Source: Octopus sinensis
Taxonomy: Eukaryota
Direction: 5' to 3'
Length of the DNA: 64,000 bases
Assembly: GCF_006345805.1 (NCBI RefSeq)
Contig: NW_021836142.1
Location: 196,611 to 260,610 of the forward strand
The stretch's first letter is position 1. Every line of letters starts with the position of its first letter. A model generated the notes under the pieces. It was not told the DNA's origin. It saw only the letters and a list, made by a program, of their open reading frames with translations, and made no database searches. Positions 51,363 through 64,000 of this stretch are shown here, one piece after another. Both the position numbers and the translations under genes were made by a program.

Positions 51363-52929
51363 GAATACTCTTAATTATTAATTCTAACCAACTATAAGAC
51401 ACATACTAATTTTATTAGATAGCTGAATGATAATAAGCAATGATACTTTAAAATTGAATGGTTAGAGGTTAAAAGAGTATTCATCTTTAAAAACTCTGAA
51501 GGCCTATGTTAATATTGATGAAACAAGCCTGCAGTATTTTTACCTATGTTTGATAATTACATTAGTAGACTTTGCTTTCTTAGATAACCCTCAAACTAAC
51601 TCTGCTAAAGTGCTCTTTCAAAAAAGTTGAATATTTATTCTCTTCCTAACAGTCAAAAAGATTCAGTTTTTGCATTTATTAGCTTGGAGTAGGACTTGTA
51701 TGTTTGCTTTTGCCTCTTTGAGATAGACTATTATATACCATCATCCATTTATCCATCTTGTTACTTTAATAACCATCATTATTAATGTAGGTTGTGTAGC
51801 TTATATGCTCTGACAAATGTCTTTAATAATACACCAATTTTTAATTTCATTCACTCTCAGTTTGCTATTCAATTGCATGCTGTTTCATACCAAGGGGCAT
51901 CATTCATTTCCATTCCATGTCTATAGAAGCACATTGATCTTGCTTCCATATGGTAATTAATTCACTCTAAGTCCCAAATAAATATCATAACAGACAGGCC
52001 ATTTAAAATATTGGTTGATTTTAGAGATTCAGCAAAATTTCTCAACAATACAATAAGCAATTATTTATTGGACTATGGCACCTTGAAACTAAAATTCAAA
52101 ATTTATTTCTCTAGCTTTAAACATCTCACACAGATTTGGAAACTGCTATCATTTAATCAATGCTGCCTGTATGAATCAGGAAAAAAAAAAAAAAAGAGAC
52201 AATGTTTCTTCTTCCCCCTCCTTCTTAGTAATCTTAAACCTAAAATCAATTTCTTTCTCTCTCATACAGATTACAAAGTAGATGTAAGCAGATGGAACAC
52301 AAGTAATTATTCCTCTGAATATTATGGTAAGAAAAAAAACAAAACAAAGTGTTGAGAAAAAATATTATTCAAATTACTATTTTAAAATTCAAGAAAAATA
52401 CAAGGAATGTGTTATAGCAATTATAGCTGAAGGGAAATTGTCAGCTGATATGTGATGCATCATAGTCACTACACACCCAGTTGCACAAAGACACACTGAT
52501 GCACACGCATATGCATATTCACACCCACTGTAATAAAAATCAAGTCACAAAATCATATAAACTTTTATATCATATTGCAGTTTGAAGTTATAAGTTATTC
52601 AACTGCAGCAGCCTATGGAGAAACACAGCTGTGTTTGATATAGATTGACTGAAGGAAAATATTATTAGAAATAAAGCTAAAATGGATCATGATTTACTTC
52701 AATATTGGTCAGACAAATATTTACATTCTTTATTGAAAGTTTGTTGAAATGGATTCATAAATTGGCTTTTAGGTAAAATTGCTCCTGTTAAAACTCTTCC
52801 CAATATTTTGGGAGTGAGTTTTGTTTCAATAAAGTTGAGCTTTTCACTTTTTTAAGATGGTTTCTCTACAAACCTATATAATTCAAGCATTGGCTGAAAT
52901 CATTGAGAATTGTATGATTATTATCATTA

Positions 52930-53620
52930 TGGCAGAATTGTTAGCCCACAGGGCCAACTGCTTGGCGGTATTTCGGCACCTTTACTTTCTGAGTACAAAT
53001 TCTGCTGAAGTCAACTTTGCTTTTCCTCCTTTTGGGGTTGAAAAAATAAATACCAGTTGAGCACTGGGGTCAATGTAATTGACTAACACCCCTCCTTCAA
53101 ATTTGCTGGTTTTGGGCCAAAATTTGAAACCATCATCATCATCATCATCATTATTATTTATTAATTAAGACAACAAGCTGGCAGAATCATCAGCATGCTG
53201 GAGATATGCCAAGAGGTATTTTGTCCATCTGCATTTTCATATTCTGCTGAGGTCGACTTTGCCTTCCATCTTTTCGAGGGTCGATAAATAAAGTACCAGT
53301 GAAACACTGGGGTCAATGTAACTGACTAGTCCCCTCCCATAAAATTTCAGACCTTAGGCCTATAGTAGAAAGGATTATTATTATTATTGTTGTTGATTTA
53401 AAACATTATTACTATTACTATAAAAGGTAGCAAGCGAGAATGTATTTGTTTTGACTCCTTACATTTTGAGTTCAAATCTCACAGAGGTCAACCTACTTTT
53501 CACCCCACCTAGGATAAGTAAAATTAAGTACCAGTAAAGTACTGTGGTTGATGGTTTCAACTAAACCACTCCCCTGAATTCCAGTTTATATGTTAGAAAG
53601 AAATATTACTATTGTGATGA
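52930..53620 (+). mobile_element. Three head-to-tail SINE family B copies
   Basis: Copies at about 52930-53125, 53175-53400 and 53425-53600, separated by (CAT)n/(ATT)n tails. Confidence 0.75.
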
Positions 53621-56206
53621 CAATAACAATTTAGAATTAGACTGAATATTAGAGAATGGAAAAACAGTAACAATAATAAATGCAAACTTATTCAATTAAT
53701 TACTGAAACGTCAAATTTCTGAAACAAATGGAGAGATTATATAAGTATTTGTTGTCATCTTGGGGAGGAATAGCAATAAATTCAAGGAAGTATATAAAAA
53801 AGAAATAGAAAAAAAAAACCAATTGCAAATAAAATAAGAACGTTTTAGACATATTCAAAAGCCTTTAAAATGGAAAAGTTCTTGAGTTAATTTTTTAAAG
53901 CAGATTTGGATAGAGAAACACATCTTCCTCGGGTACTCTATACAAGCAACTACTACAACCAGATTTGAATCAGTACTAATTTTGCAAAGAGAAAGAGAAA
54001 ATACGACGAAGTATATAAGTAGCTGAAAAATGAAAACTCAGAAGGATAACATATGATATCACAACAAAGTGTGTTTTGAGCTTGATTAGAATCTGTATAG
54101 AACATATTGATTATGATTCTCTTGTTTCTAGCATGTAATGAAAAGGGTCCTGAAAAACCAGCTTATTATCAAAATACAACAAAATTTATCAAAAGTACAA
54201 GAACCTCAAAATTGAAATAATTAATGTGGCATATGAATACAGGCAATACTATTTACAATTGCTGCTTTATGCATGATAGAAAGGAACATGTACAAGCTTA
54301 TTGAAATATCCATAAGCTAAAAATAGCATTACTATGCATAGTGCACATTCTGTGCTGAACTTTCTCAACATAATAATGCATTTTTATACAAGACTCCAAT
54401 CTCAATAAAATAATACCTTGCAAAAAAAAAAGACGAAAACAAAAAAAAACAAACAATCAAAAGAAACCAACAACAACAAAGCACTGTAAATATAGTTCGA
54501 AAACCGCTTGCACAACATACATACACTCTAACACAAATACAATCTATCAAACCACTGGTATTAGAACTAAAAAATATTGATATCTTATTACCAATTAATA
54601 AAGGGTGTAGGCCTAAGCGGTTTTTTGGTTTACTTGAAATAGAAGCCAAATCTTCACATTTCACTCTACTATGTTGAAACGATAAGAAGACATATTACAT
54701 AATGTTATCAGGTAGGCAATAATCAAGAAAAGGATGGAATAATCATAGTTGGATCACATTTGATCATAGGTCTGGTGAAAGAGCTGACTTGGAGCTAAAC
54801 AACAACACTGTGATATACCTAGTGTTACAAGGGAAAAGATGCATGAAATGATGGAATGATATAAATAATAATGATTTCATCTGAGAAAGATAACAAAAAT
54901 GATATAGTAATTTCTGATTTAGGCACAAGCTAAGCAAATTCGAGGGAAAGTGAGATAGTCAGTGCCATCAAACCCAGTTTTTGACTGGAAGGATGACAAC
55001 TGAAGTTTAACTCAGCAAGATTTGACTCCAGAACAAATGCCACAAGGCATATGTCTCAATGATCTAGCAATTCTGCCAGCTGCACTCACAAACAACAAAA
55101 TGTTCACTTTGCAGGCATGACCTTCTAGGTTCAATGAGGATAAGTGTAAAGCTTTTCTGTAAATAAATAATTCTATTTGATAAAATCTTAATTCTCAGTA
55201 GTACACTACCTTGTAATATGGAACGCTTTAAACCTCTAATTCTCAGGTAGAAGAACATGTGTTGCAACCCTTTGGTTTTGAATATTTATATACATATGTG
55301 TGTGTGTGTATGGAAAGTGGACATTAAATGATGATGATATATATATACACATATACATAACTACTAGCAAACACACCCATCCTTTGGACAGTTTAATTTG
55401 CTTTGGTGGTATTTTTTTCATCAAATAATTGAACTACTGGGAGGGTTTATGAGTCATACAGCAGTCTGCATTTCCAATTAACCTAGGAATGGAATATCAA
55501 ATTGAAGGCTGGTTATTGTGGAGGTCCTTGCACTTTAATGATCATAGAACATATAAGTTTGCAAGCGATGCAAAGTGGAGCTACTGAAGTGTTTTGGGAG
55601 TAGATTACAAATATCGACTACAAAATATGATTGTTTTACATGAAAGCAAAATTTCTTGTCAGAAACAGCCACATAAATGGTGTACTGAAATTGAAGGAAG
55701 ACATTGAAACTTCCCCTCTGTGAGTTAATTTTTTTCAGCAGCAAAGGGAGCTATTTTTTCGGAGAGATAAGCTAACAAAAGCCCCTTTATTCTGTCTTCC
55801 TACATAGCCTGTACATAAACTAACAGCGAATGTTGTATAAAGTTAAATTGGTATGGAACTTTCTGAAAGATACATACAGCTTTCACCAGTGGAAGCAAAA
55901 CTATTATTTAAAGGTTGATTTTTTTGGGACGAATCATATGTGATTGTTTGGAAAAGGCTAGAATGACAATGCTAAAACATATTTGAAACAATGGACAACA
56001 GTCGAAATATCATAATGGATGGGTAAATAAGCATCCTTAAAGTGAAACAACGCATTGGTAGGTTAGCAATGGTATCAACAAATAGAAGAGAGGGAAGGGA
56101 ACATCACTTTTCAAGTAACTCAGAATAGGTAAGGTAAGCCTGCTAAAGTTTAATGCAGTTTAAATATGGAGATTAAGATTGTTTGGTATTGGATATTCAT
56201 CACGTA

Positions 56207-56555
56207 CAGTGTTCCTAGTCAATTTGATCACCATGGCAGGTGGGCAGTCAAAATAAATAAATAGACAAATCCTTTCACTTTTATAAAAAGATTAAAAAAA
56301 TATGAAATACCCTACATACAAAAAATATGTCCATTTAGGTACTTTTACACGGGAGATCTGGACAAAATGTTTAGTGCATGACCATCCTTGGGACATAAGT
56401 AATGTGTGTGTAAAATTTGGTGAAAATCGGTTGAGAATTGTGGAAATGTATGCATTCAGTATTCCTAGTCAATTTAATCACCATTGCTGGTGGACAGTGG
56501 AAATAAATAGACAAAATCCTTTCACTTTTATAAAAAGATTAAAAAAAGTATGAAA
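56207..56555 (+). repeat. ~100-bp direct repeat pair with 250-bp period
   Basis: TTCCTAGTCAATTT.ATCACCAT...ATCCTTTCACTTTTATAAAAAGATTAAAAAAA at 56207-56308 and 56457-56555. Confidence 0.8.
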
Positions 56556-57782
56556 GAGCAGCTGATTAAAGCAAATGAATAGGAATCATTTATTGTTGGT
56601 TTCCCATTGCTCTAGAAGCCCCAATATAGAGTTTTTAAAATCTAAGTAGCCTATGTTTGGGTCTAGGATATGAAGCAGCTATGTATAATTTTTTTAAGAA
56701 ATCAGATGAAAGATGTAGAAGTTATTGAGGTACATTAAATGTTTGTACACACATGCACAAACACACAGAAAACTAATTTTATAGATATTAGATTAGATTA
56801 GCTATACATATACATATGTATAGCGCCTCTATGGGAATCAGCTACCAAATACAGCAGGAATTCTCCTTTTACTGGATATACATGTGAAAATTCATTAATA
56901 TACACAGAATTCATATCAAAAATTATTAATACAAGATGGAAGAAACAGATTTTAATCTGAATCACTCACAATTGTTTTTGTGTGTTAGTATCAGTTGGTA
57001 ATTACTGAGTGCTTCACGCATTATACACATTCTTGCATTAATATGATCCAACAATATGTGTACCTGCAAATATTCAGGTGAATGGGCTTCCAGTGCACTA
57101 CTGGATCACCTATAGTTTCCCATTGTTTTATACCTATATACTATTTTTAGCATTCTAATGACAAAGAGTGACACAGAAATACAAAGAGATAAAAAGATAA
57201 AAATGTCAAAAACAAATTGATAGAAAAACAATCAAAAACATAAAATATGAAATAAACAGGCAAAAATAAATCAATGGAAATCAAAAATCAAAAATGTGCA
57301 ATGTAAAATGAACAAATCCCTTATTTAGTCCATTCTCAAGCACAGACATATCTCGACTTTTAAGAAGATAGATGAACACCCTAAGATTATAAAGTTGCAA
57401 ATATATAGGCTGGAAGAATTCCTTATTTCTTGTGTTTGTAAGCATTCTACTTCAAAGGAAATCATTGAAGGAATGATGATTATAATGGGAATAAAGAAAG
57501 CTAACTCTAACTTAAATTCCAATCTGCATAGCTCTATATCTTTAGTTACATCAATCTGTTGTTTACTTAAGCATGACAACAATTATGCTAACCTAATAAG
57601 CTTAATAAAGGTCACATCTTATAGTTTACTCTGGAGTTCAGATTACATGTAGCATCTAACATTACTAAAGAATTATTCTCCACATTAGATAGACATTTCC
57701 CTTAATCCTGTAGATACTATAAAATTTTTAACAGGCATATGATGAAACTGTCCTATGTAATGTCAAATGACCTCAAATATAC

Positions 57783-58196
57783 TCTTTTTCTCTTTTACTC
57801 TTTTACTTGTTTCAGTCATTTGACCGTGGCCATGCTGGAGCACCGCCTTTAGTCGAGCAAATCGACCCCGGGACTTATTCTTTGTAAGCCTAATACTTAT
57901 TCTATTGGTCTCTTTTGCCGAACCGCTAAGTGACGGGGATGTAAACACACCAGCATCGGTTGTCAAGCAATGCTAGGGGGACAAACACAGACACACAAAC
58001 ACACACACATACATATATATATACATATATACGACAGGCTTCTTTCAGTTTCCGTCTACCAAATCCACTCGCAAGGCATTGGTCGGCCCGGGGCTATAGC
58101 AGAAGACACTTGCCCAAGGTGCCATGCAGTGGGACTGAACCTGGAACTATGTGGTTGGTTAGCAAGCTACTTACCACACAGCCACTCCTGCGCCTA
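57783..58196 (-). mobile_element. SINE family A (young)
   Basis: Full length, with CpGs retained. Confidence 0.9.
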
Positions 58197-58524
58197 TAAA
58201 CTTCACAATAGGAAGCTGAATCTAGCAATTGCAAATTCTAAAAATACCTTCCAGAATAGCACGGGTGCAGAAAGGAGGAAAAGACCATAATGATGGACGG
58301 CAAAATCATGGTAGTCCAAATGATCCTCATATAAGCAGAAACATCAACTTTAGCATAGATAATATGAGTAACAGCAGGAGTGTTGTAAATATTAATGATA
58401 AAAATACTGAAAATGACAGTAATGAGAACAATGAAAACAAAAATAGTAACAATAACAACAATAATAATTCCACTTAGAAGAATATCACAAAGGATGACCT
58501 GGTTAAAAACAGTGATATAAAAAT

Positions 58525-58990
58525 GCAATTGTAGGGATAAGAAAGCATGTCCTTTGGCAAACAAGTGTTTGCATAAGAAAATTATATGCAAATTTACTGT
58601 AAGAACAGGTGCACATGTATATGCATATATAGGTGCAACAAGTGACAGCTTCAAGTGTCACTGATGGAACCACACAGTGTCATTTAAGAACAGCTGCAAA
58701 AGACAATGCATATCACTCATGGACCTTATATGGAAACTCAAAGACACAATACAGCATGACTGGAGAGTAATACGAAATGCATACCCATATAATGCATACT
58801 CCAAAGCATGTAACTATTGCTTGAAAGAAACACTAGAAATAGTATTATGCAATGATAACTTCATCAACAAGCACTTTGAAATTAATTTAATATGTTACCA
58901 CCGACTTAAAAGTTCATTTCTGGAATTTAGAAAGAATATGTGGTATTTAACATTATATCAATCCTTTATTTACTATAAAATGTAATTATA
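58525..58990 (+). mobile_element. Penelope-like element GIY-YIG endonuclease remnant
   Basis: CNCRDKKACPLANKCL..IICK...YAYIGATSDSFK...LIWKLKD...YPYNAYSKACNYCLKETLEI...INK...CYH. Confidence 0.85.
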
Positions 58991-59229
58991 GTATTTTGTT
59001 TTCTTTTCATCTTTGTTAGTATGATTATATTGTTGTTTACGTAAATTATACAATTTCATAATAATTTATATGTATGATTATTTAGTGTTATGAATCTGTT
59101 ATTTACTCAGAAATGCAATTATGAGACTTCATTATCATTATTAGTATGTTTAAATTGTTGTTTACCTAAATTGTATGCTGATATATGAAGAGAGAGAGAG
59201 AATATGCTACCAGCATAACTAAGTGATAA

Positions 59230-60065
59230 GTTAAGGCTTAATCATAATTAGGAGAGACTATAGAGACTTTGCATAACAGGCATAAGTGGAGCAAAATTTG
59301 TGCCTATATGAAAAGATTATATTGAAGAATCTTTTATGGTGGTGAAGGATAGTGAGCGATTCCCTTGAACACAATTTACAAACATGGTGGTTAATATTGT
59401 ATGGTGAAATCTCATAAACAATGGACCAGGATAAGGTATTGGGAATGGGACTTGAGTTTGTGTAGAGAGTTGAGTTAGAAAGTGTGGGGGCTTGATTTGA
59501 AAATGAATTCATGTGAACCCAGTAGTGATGCTTGAAATCAATAATGCTTCAAGCATAAATGCTAGCCTGGTTGGAACATAGTGATATTACCTGGCATTTA
59601 TATACGACACAATGGTATAAACAAAAATGATCGAATGGACAAAATTGGGAGCGTTGGGAGTTGTAGGTTTTCCTACTAATGGTGGGCTTAGGATTGATCC
59701 CTATTCTGGTTTGGCTCCTATGACCTGTTTCCTCAACGAAGGACCAGAGGTGTTATAATTACCAGTGTTGGGCTGGAAGAGGGCATGTGGTCAGGTTGTT
59801 AGTATCAGGGGTGTTGTTATTGTAGTATTATCAGATGGGTTGAGGAAGTGTCCAGGAGGATAGATCATAAAGCCCACTACAAGGAGGCTTAGTTTGTGCC
59901 TATAAGAGGAAGCAATTATAGTTCCCAAGTTTCGTGTTGTAGAATAGATTTTAATCAAAATTTTATTAAAGATGGAGTAGTATTTGTGTTATGGTGGAAA
60001 ACTGGAGCCCAGGATTTCTTGTATAAGTAAAGATATAGCCTGAAGAGAGAATAGTTGTGTGCACA
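59230..60065 (-). mobile_element. Penelope-like element RT-thumb/linker/GIY-YIG remnant
   Basis: SFPP*HKYYSIFNKILIKIYSTTRNLGTII ... DFKHHYWVHMNSF ... LSWSIVYEISPYNINHHVCKLCSRESLTIL. Confidence 0.8.
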
Positions 60066-60074
60066 ATAAGATCT

Positions 60075-60115
<41 letters not shown>

Positions 60116-61422
60116 GGGGGAAAAGAAAAGTTATGTGGAGGTGGTAGAGAAAAAAGTGGAAGTGAAAGCCAGATAAATGCAGAGATATAAAGGAGAAAAC
60201 ATAGGGATAAGGGAAACACAGAGTGAGAGAAACAGAGATACAGAATGATGGAGAGAGAAACTTATAGCTAGAAAGCAATACAATGGGTCAGGCAGAGACA
60301 CCTCAATGACAGCGATAAAAATTCAACCGGATTCCAAACACATGTTAATAAAATTTATCATTAGATACTGGGAAGAGACATTCTAAAGAAAGAACCTTCG
60401 TTTCTCTTCCCTTGAACCTGGCCAGAATAAAACATGACAAAATTCCCCACACTTTGTTATGTACTTACCTTAACCCAAGCACTAACCTAAATAAGCTGTT
60501 TTCATAAAATGTAAACAAACTTAACATTCCAAAATTTCCTATATTTGATATTTTCAGCAAACTACAAAATTGCATACAAATGAAACGTTCATTCAAGTTC
60601 AATATACAGAGTTTGTATTATGAGAGAAATGCAGTTGGATGTAGAGATCTAATCATATTCACTCAGCCATATGTTGATCCTTTGACAATGGTTATATTCA
60701 CTCAACCACATGCTGATCGAACGAAAGGCATATTTTATGTACAGTACACTGACAGTAATATATTTCAGTCAGAGACCACCTAAATTTCAGTTAAATCCTA
60801 TCTAATCACAAGTCTTCAAGGTTCTCTAGGAGCTGAGTTAATCACACGTTAACAAGCCAATGCCATCTTGTAATATAGATTCTCAGGTAATGTGTGTGTG
60901 TGAATATATATATATATAGTTCAAATTGACAGAAAACATGACAAAACACAGGTGAGGGAACAACAACCAGGTGTATATATATGCATTTATATACAAATAT
61001 ATGTATATAGATATGTGTATGTATGCATGTATATATATTCTTTATAACTTTGTTAGGGCATCCTTCTATGAGAAGGTAACTCAGGTAACTGGGATAACTC
61101 CGACATAAAACCTGCGGCTCAGTGGTTACTGATGATGTTGACTTGTTCTTTTCGGATTATGGCTGCTGTTGCTTAGTGAGTGGGATTGACTCAGTGCACA
61201 GCCTTTCCTCACTTTAAAAAAAATCTTCTTGTACAGGCATTGCACGATAACAATTTTGTTCATGATTGTTGATAGTGCTGTGAGTCTCAACTGAATGGCT
61301 GGCTGTAGCCTTAAAAAGCAAATAAAAGTCACATTCGATCACAGCACCAATAACAGTTAAGCTTCATGCAATGGCCATACTCGATAATGAGGGGGCAGCC
61401 ATCATCATATTCTTTATATCAT

Positions 61423-61782
61423 TACTTGTTTCATTCATTTGACTGCAGCCATGCTAGAGCACTGCTTTAAAGGGTTTTAGTCAAAGAAATTGACCCCAGG
61501 ACTTACTCTTTGTAAGCCTAGGACTTATTCTATCAGTCTCTTTTGCCAAACCACTCCATTACAGAGATGTAATCACACCAACATTGGATGACAAATGATG
61601 GCAGGGGGAAAAACACACAAACATACAATGGGCTTCTTTCAGTTTCTGTCTACCAAATCCACTCACAAGGCTTTGGTCAGCCCAAGGCTATAGTAGGAGA
61701 CACTTGCCCATGCCAGGGGACAGAGCCCAGAACCATGTGTTTGAGAAGCAAGCTTCTTACTACATAGCCATGCCTGCACCTA
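61423..61782 (-). mobile_element. SINE family A
   Basis: Match along the full length. Confidence 0.8.
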
Positions 61783-61922
61783 TGAATATATAATATATAC
61801 ATATATGTGTATATATACACGCACTGTCCCATTTTTTGTATTCCTTTATATATATATATGCATATGTACATGCATATATATGTATATACATATATGTATG
61901 TATATACATATATGCGTGTATG

Positions 61923-61955
<33 letters not shown>

Positions 61956-64000
61956 TATACATATATATATATATATTACACACACACACATATATCATCA
62001 TCGTCATTAATGTCCATTTTCCATGCTGGCATGGGTTGGACGGTTCGACTGGGGTCTGGGAAGCCAGGAGGCTGCACCAGGCTCAAGCCAGATACATACA
62101 CACTCACACATATTTACATATATATATATATGTAAAAACCACCAACCGATCGTGGCCATTGCCAGCGTCCCCTGGCACCTGTGCATGAATAGTCACAGTC
62201 CAAGTCAGTCCTTATTTGGTGTTACTGATGAGTTGGGAGAGGGAACCATGTCTTCCTCATATATTCCATCTTCACAGTTGTAATGACTGGATGCCCTTCC
62301 TAACATCAACTACTTTACAGAGTGTACTAAGTGCATTTCATTGCGGCATCGGCACTAAGGTAGTTGTCTTGTCCACAGCAAAACTACAGGGTCCTCTCTA
62401 CTGTACATTGCTCTTTTGCTAAGCACTTTACAGACTATTAAATGCAGTGTATTATAATACTAGCACTAAAGATATTGTCTTGTCCCCAGCAACACTAAAG
62501 AATCTTCTGTATTCAACATTATCTGAATTCATTCAAGGCAGTATGACTGACAAGATGAGTAAATGAGTTAGGGATAGAAGAGTGATTACACTAAGGGGGA
62601 AGGGGTACAAGCCAGAAAGGGAAGTAGAGGAGGTAGTAATAGAAGAGAGACAGTGATAGGAAGCTACATTTGGTTGTTAGTAAGGAGAATGAATAGAAAA
62701 ACAGTAGGAGTAGAGTGATGGGGAAAGAGAGACAGAGTGATCAGAAAAAGAGTAACAGAAAAGAGAAAAGAAGTGTAATGGGAGAGAGATACTTATATAT
62801 GTCAACAACAAATGATACAGAAAGTAATGTGTGGGAGTGATGGATAGGAAAAAAAAGACGGATGAAGGTAAGAGAGAATGATGTATCTCAGTAAGGATAA
62901 GTGATTGTAAGAGAGACTGATGGATGTCAATACAAGTAATAAGGAATTAATGCTTCAAAATAGATTTTCTTTCTAAGAAGAAAACTCACAAAATCTTTTG
63001 CTGTATATCTTGCATGATAGTGAAACAGTGAAAATAGAATGAGACAGATAGCATAATATCCACAACTGAATGAAAAAGTTAGAAAGAATAAATATTAAAG
63101 ATACATTTGACCAACTTTTAAAGCAGAAATGTTAATAATAAAATAGGAGACATCAAAGCTTTGGTTGTTCCACTAATATGCTACTGTTACAACGAACTAA
63201 ACTGGAATTAAGTGGAGAAAATAGATAGATAAATCAAGAAAGTAAGAGCAGACACCAAGAAAATATTGATTATGAACAGAAGAAGGCATGAAACCACTGC
63301 AATTAGAAAGTTATTTATAAAATAGCTTCTGTAGGATCAGAAAAATTATCTAATAAAGAATAGCAGCAAACCAATGGTAAGGAAAACACAACATAATGAC
63401 AAAAGATATACAATTTATGCATCCTCAGTAGTATAAACAGGAACTGAAGCACCAGATTACTGTAATGAAAATGAAGATTCTACAATACAAAAGATAAAAA
63501 TCTTGATAAAAAAAAATCTTACCAAAACCTCTTCATAGTCAATATCAGAAGAAAAGACTGTGGAGTGGAAGTAGATTAGTATGCCCAAGGCTGGAAGCTA
63601 AGACCAATCGGCATGCTAAATTGAAAACACTGATATTTATTTCCTTTCTCTAAGTCTATGAAACCTATATTATTTATTGAAGAATTCTAGATAAAACAAA
63701 ACTGTTATTACTTATATCTTTTGAAGAAGACTTCATTCCTATGGACACTTTTACTAAATCTTGTTATTTACCCATTTTATTGCTTTGAATGTAATAAATA
63801 TATCTCCAAGTTCACAGCTTCCATTTTCATTGAGTTGATGGATAGAATAGAAGATATAATTTTGTCACATGTTGACAACTAAATGTTTAGCATATTGCAC
63901 TTGGACACAAAGTAGTTAATAAACTACTTAAGGAAATTTCTAAAATAATAACAAAAAGAACAGCTTATCAGAAATGATACTGTATTAATAATTTCAGATA

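Overview
AT-rich eukaryotic DNA. It is most likely an octopus (cephalopod) intronic or intergenic region, inferred from the SINE families and the dense (TA)n/(CA)n/(TATG)n microsatellites. No intact host protein-coding gene, tRNA or CRISPR array is recognisable; almost all listed ORFs are microsatellite or SINE artefacts. The window is a mosaic of more than 20 copies of a ~400-bp tRNA-derived SINE, other SINE families, decayed mariner, RTE, CR1-like, RLE-type and Penelope-like (PLE) elements, and palindromic MITEs. The main unexplained signal is a set of minimal type-I hammerhead ribozymes with palindromic helix III. These are (1) a head-to-tail dimer of a highly structured 274-bp unit carrying one hammerhead per unit, flanked by a 10-bp target-site duplication (retrozyme-like, 2299-2881), (2) two unrelated intact-looking hammerheads at 9546-9631 and 36682-36759, and (3) several decayed ones. 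Also notable are a 123-bp, 72% GC, 28S-rRNA-like fragment with a 10-bp TSD inside a SINE (8002-8124), a ~230-bp unexplained CpG-rich insert splitting a mariner transposase (16093-16321), and a TSD-flanked local copy of a SINE 3' end. All folds and alignments were done by eye. Coordinates of decayed repeats are approximate.
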